Of a stretch of DNA of 64,000 bases, positions 8,409 to 16,163 are shown one piece after another (position 1 is the first letter of the stretch; each line of letters begins with the position of its first letter). Origin of the DNA: an uncultured Chitinophagales bacterium. Lineage in GTDB: Bacteria; Bacteroidota; Bacteroidia; Chitinophagales; S012-47. The notes beneath the pieces were generated by a model. It searched no databases. It had not been told where the DNA came from and was given only the letters and a program-made list of their open reading frames with translations. The DNA is taken from contig CAYRDC010000004.1 in NCBI GenBank assembly GCA_964422925.1, positions 19,838 through 83,837 of the forward strand, in the 5' to 3' direction. The position numbers and the translations under genes are program-made.

Positions 8409-9539
8409 ATGCGTAAACTAATATACTTGCAGGCTATCGCTTTCTTTTTGATATTACAAAGTTGTTTTAGCCATGAGGAATCTGAAAGTTCAAATTTGAT
8501 ATTTAAGTCAGTACTTGATACAATATTATCGATTAGCCCAGAGGATATTATCAGCAGTTACTGCTATTATACAGATTCATCTTCCATTGCTTATTATCAT
8601 AATGGTCTAATTGTTAACAAAAATGTTATAACAAAAAGGAAGAGTACCACCAATATTGAGAAAATCATAACGGAAAACAATATTTATATTTCTAAAATCG
8701 CAAACCGGCAGATATTTAATTCAGACTCAACCCTTCTACTTCTCGATGATATTTCTGGTATATTCTATCTTGCATCCAATAATCCTTTATTAAATTCTGA
8801 TACTCTCATTCACAAATTGACAAATACTAAGTTTCTCTTCTTTAACAACGCGTTTCAACCTCTACTTTACAAAAATGGTAAACTATTTTTATCATGCATT
8901 TTAAAAGATAAAAACCTTATATACCCAGATGATAGGATTGCAATTTTCGAAAGCTCAACAAACGTATGCATTGATTTTCTCCATGACACTATTTTTTACT
9001 ATAAAATCCCTTTCCCAAAAATTTATTACTCAAAGGCAAATTACAACTTTAAGTACCCATTCATCTATACTGATTCAGCCGGTAATATCTATTATTCACT
9101 AAGCCTTTGTGATTCAATTATTACTTTCAATGTTGCAGACAATAGTTACCGGTTCGTAAATATCGCTGCTAAACAAAAACCCAAACATTTTATAAATAAA
9201 CCAGACAGTATTTTTAACATTAAGTATTCCATTCATTCACAACTAAGAGATGAAGGCTATGGACTGATTGCTTTTGACCCTTATAGGTCTTTTTGGTATA
9301 GAATTGTGACATATAAATACAATAATCTAAAAAGAAAAGACCCAAACGTATTTTACAAACCATGGCATTTAATAATTTGCAACCAACAATTTGATAAATT
9401 GGACGAGATCAACTTTTCAGGAGAGTATTACCCAAATAATTTCCTAATTACTCCAAAAGGTTTGATTTTCTTTCGAAAAATGAAAATTGACGGGAAGAGT
9501 AATGTGTTGCTTGAAATGTACCAATATGCCAAAAAATAA
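8409..9539 (+). CDS. Hypothetical lipoprotein, possibly DUF4221 / six-bladed beta-propeller-like (islet ORF B)
   Basis: The ATG at 8409 gives MRKLIYLQAIAFFLILQSC. It is 376 aa and rich in Asn/Tyr/Ile beta-strand-like segments. The family assignment rests on size and sequence texture only. Confidence 0.55.
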   Translation: MRKLIYLQAIAFFLILQSCFSHEESESSNLIFKSVLDTILSISPEDIISSYCYYTDSSSIAYYHNGLIVNKNVITKRKSTTNIEKIITENNIYISKIANRQIFNSDSTLLLLDDISGIFYLASNNPLLNSDTLIHKLTNTKFLFFNNAFQPLLYKNGKLFLSCILKDKNLIYPDDRIAIFESSTNVCIDFLHDTIFYYKIPFPKIYYSKANYNFKYPFIYTDSAGNIYYSLSLCDSIITFNVADNSYRFVNIAAKQKPKHFINKPDSIFNIKYSIHSQLRDEGYGLIAFDPYRSFWYRIVTYKYNNLKRKDPNVFYKPWHLIICNQQFDKLDEINFSGEYYPNNFLITPKGLIFFRKMKIDGKSNVLLEMYQYAKK

Positions 9540-9987
9540 CTTTTTTATAACACTTATTGTCCTCTTAGCGATTTTTTTTGCTTGTAACCAGAAAAATGAT
9601 CGCAACCCAATTAACACATATCTGAAAGATATACTCAATCTAAACCCGAAAAATAACTCATTATATATTTTCGCTCCATCGGTTTCCTGCAAGGGCTGCG
9701 TAAGTATATCACTTAATGAGATTAATGAAAAAGTAGCAGATGATTTGATAAGTAAAATCATTTTCATTACAACTGATACCTTATTGTTTCCAAAAACACT
9801 TCTTCAAAAATCAAAGGTCATTTTAGACACGACACATTACATGGATAGATTAGACGTAAATCTCCCAATTAACAATTTGACACTTTATTATATTGACTCA
9901 TCTGGCAAGGATACAATTATTACATCAAATATTAAAAACAAAACTGATTTTCCAAGTTTAATACGTAATTTTCTACCCAAGAATTAA
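9526..9987 (+). CDS. Thioredoxin-fold-like lipoprotein with a CxxC motif (islet ORF C)
   Basis: The ATG at 9526 gives MPKNNFFITLIVLLAIFFAC. SLYIFAPSVSCKGCV looks like a beta-strand followed by CxxC, and LTLYYIDSSGKD resembles the late thioredoxin-fold strands. It overlaps ORF B by 14 nt. Confidence 0.5.
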   Translation: MPKNNFFITLIVLLAIFFACNQKNDRNPINTYLKDILNLNPKNNSLYIFAPSVSCKGCVSISLNEINEKVADDLISKIIFITTDTLLFPKTLLQKSKVILDTTHYMDRLDVNLPINNLTLYYIDSSGKDTIITSNIKNKTDFPSLIRNFLPKN

Positions 9988-9994
9988 CGAGCAA

Positions 9995-10675
9995 TTATTT
10001 ATACTCATTTAAATTTTCTTTCAGCGCGTTGATTTCTTTTTCGCGCTCTGACAGCTCCTTCTTTTTCTTTTTTTGCTGTTCGTTGTTTTCTTTTAGGTCT
10101 TTTTCTGCCTGCTCAATGCTTTCTTTCCATTTTTTGATATTGTTTTCAAGTGATTTTTGTTCTTTCTCGAATTTGTCAAGCTCGTTTGAGAGGCGCTGAA
10201 ATTCTTTTTGCATTGTTTCCAGCTGTACATTGATAACGGCCCGGGCCTGCTGCACCGCGAAATCGCGAAGCATGTTGTTGGCGGCTTCCCAGGCGTCCGG
10301 ATGGTAAGCCCGGTTCAGATAGGCGCCTCCGAGGTCGAAATAAACGGTCATTTCCACGCCATCTTTTCCGTCCTCGATCTGTGCGTACACATCCACGGTG
10401 TTGGCGCTTAAGGAAGGCAATATGAGGTCATCGCCAAAAAGCTCTTTTTTCACATTGTCTGGTTTGCCCCCATGGTCCTTGATCCATTTCTTCCATTGTT
10501 TGCTCACATCCCTGTCGGAGGCCCCGGGAATGAACACCCGCAGGCCGTACTGCTTGCCCCGGCTCATTTTTTCCTGCACCTGGGTTATTTCAATGCCCTG
10601 TGCGGCAGCCGGCACGCTGTACAGTCCCGCTGCCAGGAAAAGGATGATGAGGCCAAGGGTTTTCATGCATTTCAT
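9995..10675 (-). CDS. Secreted protein with a Lys/Glu-rich C-terminal coiled coil (hypothetical)
   Basis: The ATG at 10675 gives MKCMKTLGLIILFLAAGLYSVPAAAQG. The C-terminal ~80 aa show heptad-like K/E repeats. The longer ORF (to 10735) would overlap the polA stop. Confidence 0.6.
   Translation of the reverse strand: MKCMKTLGLIILFLAAGLYSVPAAAQGIEITQVQEKMSRGKQYGLRVFIPGASDRDVSKQWKKWIKDHGGKPDNVKKELFGDDLILPSLSANTVDVYAQIEDGKDGVEMTVYFDLGGAYLNRAYHPDAWEAANNMLRDFAVQQARAVINVQLETMQKEFQRLSNELDKFEKEQKSLENNIKKWKESIEQAEKDLKENNEQQKKKKKELSEREKEINALKENLNEYK
9998..10006 (+). repeat. Right copy of the 9-bp direct repeat TTTATACTC
   Basis: It exactly matches 7703-7711. It lies in the last three sense codons (EYK) of the minus-strand gene 9995-10675. 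Confidence 0.8.
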
Positions 10676-10697
10676 AGTCGAAGGGTTTGCGTTTTGA

Positions 10698-13496
10698 TCA
10701 ATGGGCAGCCAGCCAGTTGGCCCCGCGTCCCACATCGGCCACCAGGGGCACTTTCAGCTCCACGGCCTTTTCCATGCTTTCGCGGATGAGTGGCACGAGT
10801 TCTTCGGTTTCTTCCTTCACTGCATCGAACACCAATTCGTCATGCACCTGCATGGTCATCACGGAGCGCAGGCCGCGTTTCCGGATTTCCTCCTGCAGCC
10901 TGATCATGGCCACCTTGATGATATCGGCCGCGGTGCCCTGTATGGGAGTGTTGATGGCATTGCGCTCGGCAAAGCCGCGCACGGTGGCATTCTTTGCGTT
11001 GATGTCGGGCAGGTAGCGCCTGCGCCCGAGCAGGGTGGTCACGTAGCCTTTTTCCTTTGCCTGGGCAATGGAGCGGTCCATGTACTGCCTGATGCCCGGG
11101 TATTTTTCAAAATAGGCTTTGATGATGCCGGCAGCTTCTTCGCGCGGAATGCCCAGCCGCTGTCCCAGCCCGTAGGCCGAAATGCCGTAGGCTATCCCGA
11201 AGTTCACCATCTTGGCCCGCCTGCGCATTTCGGGGGTTACCTCCTCGAGGGGCACGTCAAACACCTGTGAGGCCGTGGCTGCGTGAATGTCCAGCCCCTG
11301 GCGGAACGAACGGATCATGTTTTCATCCCCGCTCAGCGAGGCAATGATGCGCAGCTCAATCTGGCTGTAATCGGCCGAGATGATGACATGCTGCTCATCG
11401 GCCGGGATGAAGGCCTTGCGGATTTCCCGCCCCTTGTCGGTGCGGATGGGGATGTTCTGCAGGTTGGGGTTGGACGAGCTCAGGCGCCCGGTTACGGCCA
11501 CCGTCTGGCTGTAATGGGTGTGCACGCGGCCGGTTTTCGGATTCACCAACCCCGGCAGGGCATCCACGTAAGTGCTTTTCAGCTTGGTAAGCTCCCGGTA
11601 TTCCAGCACGAGCCGGGCAATGGGATATTTCGAAGCCAGCCGGGTGAGCACTTCCTCGTTGGTCGAGAACTGCCCCGTCCGGGTCTTGCGCCCCTCGTAG
11701 GGTATTTCCAGCTTGCGGAACAGCACCTCCGAAAGCTGCTTGGGCGAGTCGATGTTGAACGAAACCCCCGCGGCTTCGTGGATCTCGCGGGTAAGCCGGA
11801 TGATTTCCTGCTGCAGCTCCGCGGAATACCGGTTCAGGAACTCCGCATCGAGGGCTACCCCGGCATATTCCATGTCGACCAGCACGCCCATGAGCGGGAT
11901 TTCCACCTCGTAATACAGTTTTTCGAAATCGTGCTCCTTCAGCAGGGGCTCGAATTTCTGGCGCAGCTGCAGGGTGATGTCAGCGTCCTCGGCTGCGTAT
12001 TCCTTGATGACGTCAACGGGCACCTGGCGCATGGAACCCTGGTGCACCCCCCTTTTCCCGATCAGGCTTTCGATGCTTACGGGGCGGTAATTGAGGTAGG
12101 CTTCCGCCAGGTAATCCATGTTGTGTTTTCTTTCCGGCTCCAGCAGGAAATGGGCGATCAGGGTATCGAACATCGGTCCGCGGATTTCCACGCCATGGCA
12201 TTTCAACACCAGCAGATCGTATTTCAGGTTCTGGCCGGTTTTGCCGATGGCCGGGTCTTCGAGCACGGGGACAAACTCCTGCAGCAGGGCCCGCGTGGCT
12301 TCCGGGTTCTCGGGGCAGGGAACATACCAGGCTTCGCCCGGCTCTACGCAGAACGAAAGGCCCACCAGTTCGGCCCGCATGGGATCCAGCCCCGTGGTTT
12401 CCGTGTCGAGGCTGAACGAACCGGCCTGCTCCAGCACGCGGAGCAGCGCCTGCCGGGCTTCGCGGGTATCGGCCAGGTGGTATTCATGAGGGGTGTTTTC
12501 CAGGGTTCGCGTTCCGGCAGGCAGGGATTCCCGGACAGTGCTTCTGGCGGATAAACCGGCATCTTCAGCGCCAAACAGGGTCATCTGGCTGCCGGCAGGC
12601 CGGCCCAGTTCAATTTTGAAATCCTCACCCAGGATACGTCTGCCCAGGGTGCGGAACTCCAGCTCGGAAAACAATTCAGCCAGCTTTTCGCGGTCGGGCT
12701 CACTGACCCGCAAGGCCTTCACGTTATAGTCCACCGGCACATCGGTGATAATCGTGGCCAGCTGCTTCGAAAGGATGGCCTGTTCGCGGTGCTCCTCGAT
12801 GCGTTCCTTCAGCTTCCCCTTCAGCTTGTCGGTGTTTTCAAGCAGGTTTTCCAGCGAGCCGAATTCCTTCATGAGCTTCACGGCTGTCTTTTCGCCCACC
12901 CCCGGCACCCCGGGAATGTTGTCTACCTTGTCGCCCATCAGCCCGAGGATGTCAATCACCTGCGAAACGTCTTTGATGTCCCAGCGGGCCAGCACTTCCG
13001 GTATGCCCATGGTTTCATAGCCTCCGTTCCGGATCAGGGGCTTGTAAATGAAAATGTTTTCGGTAACCAGTTGCCCGAAATCCTTGTCAGGGGTTACCAT
13101 GTACACGGTGAACCCGTCCTTTTCGGCCTTTCGGGCAATGGTGCCGATGATGTCATCGGCTTCGTAGCCGTCCTTTTCCAGCACGGGAATGTTGAAGGCC
13201 CGGGTGATTTCCTTGATATACGGCACCGATTCAATGATGTCCTCGGGCGTTTCCTCCCGGTTGGCCTTGTAATCGGCAAAAGCGGCTTCCCTTTCGGTGG
13301 GCGCGTGGGTGTCGAAGGCCACGGCTATGTGGGTGGGTTTTTCGTTTTCCAGGATATCGTGCAAAGTAGAGACAAAGCCTCTTATGGCCGAAGTGTTCAT
13401 GCCCTTGCTGTTGATGAGCGGGCGCTGGATAAAGGCAAAATACGCCCGGTAAATAAGGGCCATGGCATCAATCAGGAACAGCTTTTTTTCCTCCAT
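10698..13496 (-). CDS. polA: DNA polymerase I
   Basis: 932 aa with a 5'-3' exonuclease N-terminus and a 3'-5' exonuclease domain. Polymerase motif A is DYSQIELR, motif B is RRRAKMVNFGIAYG and motif C is QVHDE. Confidence 0.97.
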   Translation of the reverse strand: MEEKKLFLIDAMALIYRAYFAFIQRPLINSKGMNTSAIRGFVSTLHDILENEKPTHIAVAFDTHAPTEREAAFADYKANREETPEDIIESVPYIKEITRAFNIPVLEKDGYEADDIIGTIARKAEKDGFTVYMVTPDKDFGQLVTENIFIYKPLIRNGGYETMGIPEVLARWDIKDVSQVIDILGLMGDKVDNIPGVPGVGEKTAVKLMKEFGSLENLLENTDKLKGKLKERIEEHREQAILSKQLATIITDVPVDYNVKALRVSEPDREKLAELFSELEFRTLGRRILGEDFKIELGRPAGSQMTLFGAEDAGLSARSTVRESLPAGTRTLENTPHEYHLADTREARQALLRVLEQAGSFSLDTETTGLDPMRAELVGLSFCVEPGEAWYVPCPENPEATRALLQEFVPVLEDPAIGKTGQNLKYDLLVLKCHGVEIRGPMFDTLIAHFLLEPERKHNMDYLAEAYLNYRPVSIESLIGKRGVHQGSMRQVPVDVIKEYAAEDADITLQLRQKFEPLLKEHDFEKLYYEVEIPLMGVLVDMEYAGVALDAEFLNRYSAELQQEIIRLTREIHEAAGVSFNIDSPKQLSEVLFRKLEIPYEGRKTRTGQFSTNEEVLTRLASKYPIARLVLEYRELTKLKSTYVDALPGLVNPKTGRVHTHYSQTVAVTGRLSSSNPNLQNIPIRTDKGREIRKAFIPADEQHVIISADYSQIELRIIASLSGDENMIRSFRQGLDIHAATASQVFDVPLEEVTPEMRRRAKMVNFGIAYGISAYGLGQRLGIPREEAAGIIKAYFEKYPGIRQYMDRSIAQAKEKGYVTTLLGRRRYLPDINAKNATVRGFAERNAINTPIQGTAADIIKVAMIRLQEEIRKRGLRSVMTMQVHDELVFDAVKEETEELVPLIRESMEKAVELKVPLVADVGRGANWLAAH

Positions 13497-13501
13497 AGGG
13501 C

Positions 13502-13846
13502 TTATTGTTCGTTGAGGGCCGTCCAGTATTCGAGGGCTCGCCTGGTGTGCGGAATCACGATGGTGCCGCCAATGAGGTTGGCCATCGCGAATATTTCCAT
13601 GATCTCTTCCGTGCTGATCCTGTGTTCATGGCATTTGCCCAGGTGATAGCGCACGCAATCGTCACACCTTAATACCATGCTGGCCACCAGGCCCAGCATT
13701 TCCTTGGTGCGGGCCGGCAAGGCACCGTCCATGAAGGCATTGGTGTCCAGGTTGAAAATGCGCTTCAGGATCTTGTTATCCTGCTTCAGAAGGGCTTCAT
13801 TCATCTTTTGCCGGTAGGCATTGAAAGCTTCCACTTGCGGGTTCAT
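13502..13846 (-). CDS. Carboxymuconolactone decarboxylase / AhpD-like family protein
   Basis: 114 aa, helical, with CDDCVRYH (CxxC plus His), which is characteristic of the AhpD-like core. Confidence 0.75.
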   Translation of the reverse strand: MNPQVEAFNAYRQKMNEALLKQDNKILKRIFNLDTNAFMDGALPARTKEMLGLVASMVLRCDDCVRYHLGKCHEHRISTEEIMEIFAMANLIGGTIVIPHTRRALEYWTALNEQ

Positions 13847-13881
13847 ACATTGGAATTTTTGGCGTCAGGAACAGGGAATTT

Positions 13882-13889
13882 CAAATATA
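13882..13889 (-). promoter_or_regulatory. Candidate -7 promoter box for the AhpD-like/polA operon
   Basis: The minus strand reads tatatttg, 36 nt upstream of the ATG at 13846. Confidence 0.4.
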
Positions 13890-13909
13890 GGGCATATCCC
13901 CCAAACGCT

Positions 13910-13917
13910 TATATTTG
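13910..13917 (+). promoter_or_regulatory. Candidate -7 promoter box for lemA
   Basis: tatatttg lies 45 nt upstream of the ATG at 13962. The same octamer occurs on the opposite strand 21 nt away. Confidence 0.4.
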
Positions 13918-13961
13918 TGTCAAACACGATAAACACTATTGAACTGTAAATTAAAGCTGTT

Positions 13962-14564
13962 ATGAAAAAAGCACTGAAATGGGTCATTCCTGTAGGTATT
14001 GTCCTGATTCTTTTTATCTGGATTAAGAACGTTTACAACAAGCTGGTAACTATGGATGAGAATGTCATCCAGCAATGGTCGCAGGTTGAGAATGTATACC
14101 AGCGGAAATACGACCTCATCCCCAACCTGGTAAGCGTGGCAAAGAATTACGCGGACTTTGAAAAAGAAACCCTTACCGCGGTGGTGGAAGCCCGGGCAAA
14201 AGCCACCAGCATCACCATTGACCCGGCCAACCTCACAGAAGAAAGCATGGCGCAGTTCCAGGCGGCTCAGGACCAGCTGAACGGGGCCTTGTCGCGCCTG
14301 CTGCTTACTTTTGAACGCTACCCCGACCTGAAGGCAAACCAAAACTACCTGGAACTGCAGGCCGAACTGGCCGGCACGGAAAACCGCATCGCGGTGGAAC
14401 GTAAAAAATTCACCGAAGCGGTGCGTAATTACAACATCACCGTCAGGCGGTTTCCCAATAATATCATAGCCGGAATATTCGGATTTGAGAAAAAAGCCAA
14501 CTTCAAGGCGGAAGAAGCGGCCGAGGGCGGCAAAGTGGACGTGGAAGAATTATTTGATCAATAA
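13962..14564 (+). CDS. lemA: LemA family protein
   Basis: An N-terminal TM helix is followed by YNKLV...E.V...WSQVENVYQRKYDLIPNLV and RKKFTEAVRNYN, the characteristic LemA pattern. Confidence 0.9.
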   Translation: MKKALKWVIPVGIVLILFIWIKNVYNKLVTMDENVIQQWSQVENVYQRKYDLIPNLVSVAKNYADFEKETLTAVVEARAKATSITIDPANLTEESMAQFQAAQDQLNGALSRLLLTFERYPDLKANQNYLELQAELAGTENRIAVERKKFTEAVRNYNITVRRFPNNIIAGIFGFEKKANFKAEEAAEGGKVDVEELFDQ

Positions 14565-15001
14565 TGGCCAGCGCGAGAAATTTTTTCAGTAAGCAGGAAA
14601 AAGAAGAATTGGTTGCCTGTATCCATGAAGCGGAAAGCAACACGTCCGGTGAAATCCGTGTCCACGTGGACGATACGGCTGACGGAGACGTGCTGAAGCG
14701 CGCGTGGCAGGTGTTTGCCAGACTGGGCATGCACAAGACCGCCCAGCGCAATGGAGTGCTCATTTACCTGGCAGTCCGCGACCGGCAGTTTGCCATCGTG
14801 GGCGATGAAGGCATCAACAAGGTGGTGCCGGAAGGCTTCTGGGACGAAACCAAAAACCGCATGGAAGCGGCATTCCGTGAAGGCCGTTTCCTGGACGGGC
14901 TTAAAGAAGCCATCCTAATGGCCGGTGAAAAACTGAAAACCTATTTTCCCCATAAGGAGGATGACGTGAACGAACTGCCTGATGACATTTCCTTTGACTA
15001 A
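14564..15001 (+). CDS. TPM domain-containing protein (short form)
   Basis: 145 aa. SGEIRVHV...RNGVLIYLAVRDRQFAIVGDEGI is typical of the TPM/DUF477 fold. Its start overlaps the lemA stop. Confidence 0.75.
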   Translation: MASARNFFSKQEKEELVACIHEAESNTSGEIRVHVDDTADGDVLKRAWQVFARLGMHKTAQRNGVLIYLAVRDRQFAIVGDEGINKVVPEGFWDETKNRMEAAFREGRFLDGLKEAILMAGEKLKTYFPHKEDDVNELPDDISFD

Positions 15002-15761
15002 ACCATATTTTCGTTTCCTTTTTAGCCTGCTGATGCTGGCGGTCCTCATGCCCCGTGCGCGGGCAGAAACCGAATTCCCCAAACTCAAAGGACTGGTCAA
15101 CGACTTCGGGGAACTGCTCTCCGACCGGGAAGAGGCCGACCTGAACCGGATGCTGCTCGACTATGAAGACAGCACATCCAATCAGTTTACCATCGTCACG
15201 GTACCCACACTCGATGGCTACGATGTCAGCGACTATGCCTGGGAAGTTGCCGAACGCAACGGAATCGGCAAGGATGAAAAAAACAATGGCCTCCTGATTC
15301 TGGTAGCCCGTGACGAGCGAAGGGTTTCCATCCAGGTGGGTTACGGGCTTGAGCCTGTCATCACCGATGGGCGGGCCAAGCGGGTCATTGAAAAAGACCT
15401 GGTGCCGAATTTCCGGAACGGGAAATATTACGAAGGCCTTCGCCAGGGCGTGGAAACCCTCATGAAAATGGCCGCTGGTGAATTCACAGCCGATGAGGAA
15501 GAAAACGTCTCTCCCAAAATACCCGCCTGGTTGATTATACTCGGTATCCTGTTGTTTCTCAGGTTTATTTCGAGGGGCGGAGGAGGTTCTTCCATCGGGG
15601 GCAAGGGCACGAGGCGTTTCCGGGCCTGGCCCTGGCTCATACCTCCCATGATGGGCGGAGGTGGCTTCGGGGGAAGCGGTGGCGGCAGCTTCGGAGGAGG
15701 CGGGTTTGGTGGTTTCGGGGGCGGCAGTTTCGGAGGCGGGGGGGCATCCGGAGGCTGGTGA
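14982..15761 (+). CDS. TPM domain-containing protein (YgcG-like) with TM segment and Gly-rich tail
   Basis: It has a signal peptide and the LVNDFGELLS...NQFTIVTVPTLDG...NNGLLILVARDERRVSIQVGYGLE TPM core. A TM helix follows, then GGGGFGGSGGGSFGGGGFGGFGGGSFGGGGASGGW. Confidence 0.8.
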   Translation: MTFPLTKPYFRFLFSLLMLAVLMPRARAETEFPKLKGLVNDFGELLSDREEADLNRMLLDYEDSTSNQFTIVTVPTLDGYDVSDYAWEVAERNGIGKDEKNNGLLILVARDERRVSIQVGYGLEPVITDGRAKRVIEKDLVPNFRNGKYYEGLRQGVETLMKMAAGEFTADEEENVSPKIPAWLIILGILLFLRFISRGGGGSSIGGKGTRRFRAWPWLIPPMMGGGGFGGSGGGSFGGGGFGGFGGGSFGGGGASGGW

Positions 15762-15771
15762 TGCCATACCT

Positions 15772-16104
15772 CTACTGAAAAGCTTCCGCGGGATCCCAAA
15801 ACAGTTTCCTGAATTCCACAACCCGGTCATTCTCCACCCGGATATCTTCATTTTCCAGTAATTCCTGCATAAGGGTTGGCGTGGGAAAATGATTCTTCCC
15901 GGTCAATAAACCGTTACGGTTTACCACCCTGTGAGCCGGAACAGGCGGATAAGCGCGGTGGCTGGCATTCATGGCCCACCCCACCATCCGGGCCGAGCGC
16001 CCGGTGCCCAGGTATCGCGCAATGGCCCCGTAGGTGGTCACCCTTCCATATGGCACCAGCCGCACCACCTCATATACTTTTTCAAAAAATCCCGCCTGGT
16101 CCAT
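15772..16104 (-). CDS. Alkyltransferase-like (ATL) protein, an MGMT DNA-binding domain lacking the acceptor cysteine
   Basis: The TYGAIARYLG...ARMVGWAM helix-turn-helix is followed by VPAHRVVNRNG where methyltransferases have PCHRV. An alternative upstream ATG at 16125 lies only 12 nt from the -7 box. Confidence 0.8.
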   Translation of the reverse strand: MDQAGFFEKVYEVVRLVPYGRVTTYGAIARYLGTGRSARMVGWAMNASHRAYPPVPAHRVVNRNGLLTGKNHFPTPTLMQELLENEDIRVENDRVVEFRKLFWDPAEAFQ

Positions 16105-16136
16105 AAATATTTTTCCAGAGTGCATAATGCGTAGGT

Positions 16137-16144
16137 CAAAAATA
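16137..16144 (-). promoter_or_regulatory. Candidate -7 promoter box for the ATL gene
   Basis: The minus strand reads tatttttg (TAnnTTTG). Confidence 0.35.
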
Positions 16145-16163
16145 CGGTTTAACGCCAGTTGCT

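Larger units (their letters stand above)
7683..9994. other. AT-rich islet (probable horizontally acquired segment) carrying three lipoprotein genes
   Basis: Hand-counted 60-nt lines give about 30-38% G+C inside, against about 55-60% in the flanking genes. No mobility gene is present. Confidence 0.6.

Noticed and set aside
7712-9997. Terminal inverted repeats, or an integrase/transposase, that would make the AT-rich islet a defined mobile element.
   Set aside because: Comparing the first and last roughly 40 nt inside the direct repeats showed no convincing inverted repeat. None of the three ORFs resembles a recombinase. The islet is reported only as a compositional island.
11283-12554. A 423-aa ORF on the + strand, together with several other 60-190-aa ORFs, inside the polA region.
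   Set aside because: It is antisense to an unmistakable DNA polymerase I gene. The product is Gly/Arg/His/Pro-rich low-complexity sequence, as expected from the reverse frame of a GC-rich gene. It has no motif.
14901-15851. A 316-aa minus-strand ORF overlapping the two TPM genes.
   Set aside because: It is antisense to well-supported genes. It is Pro/Gly-rich because it mirrors the Gly-rich tail, and it has no plausible start context.
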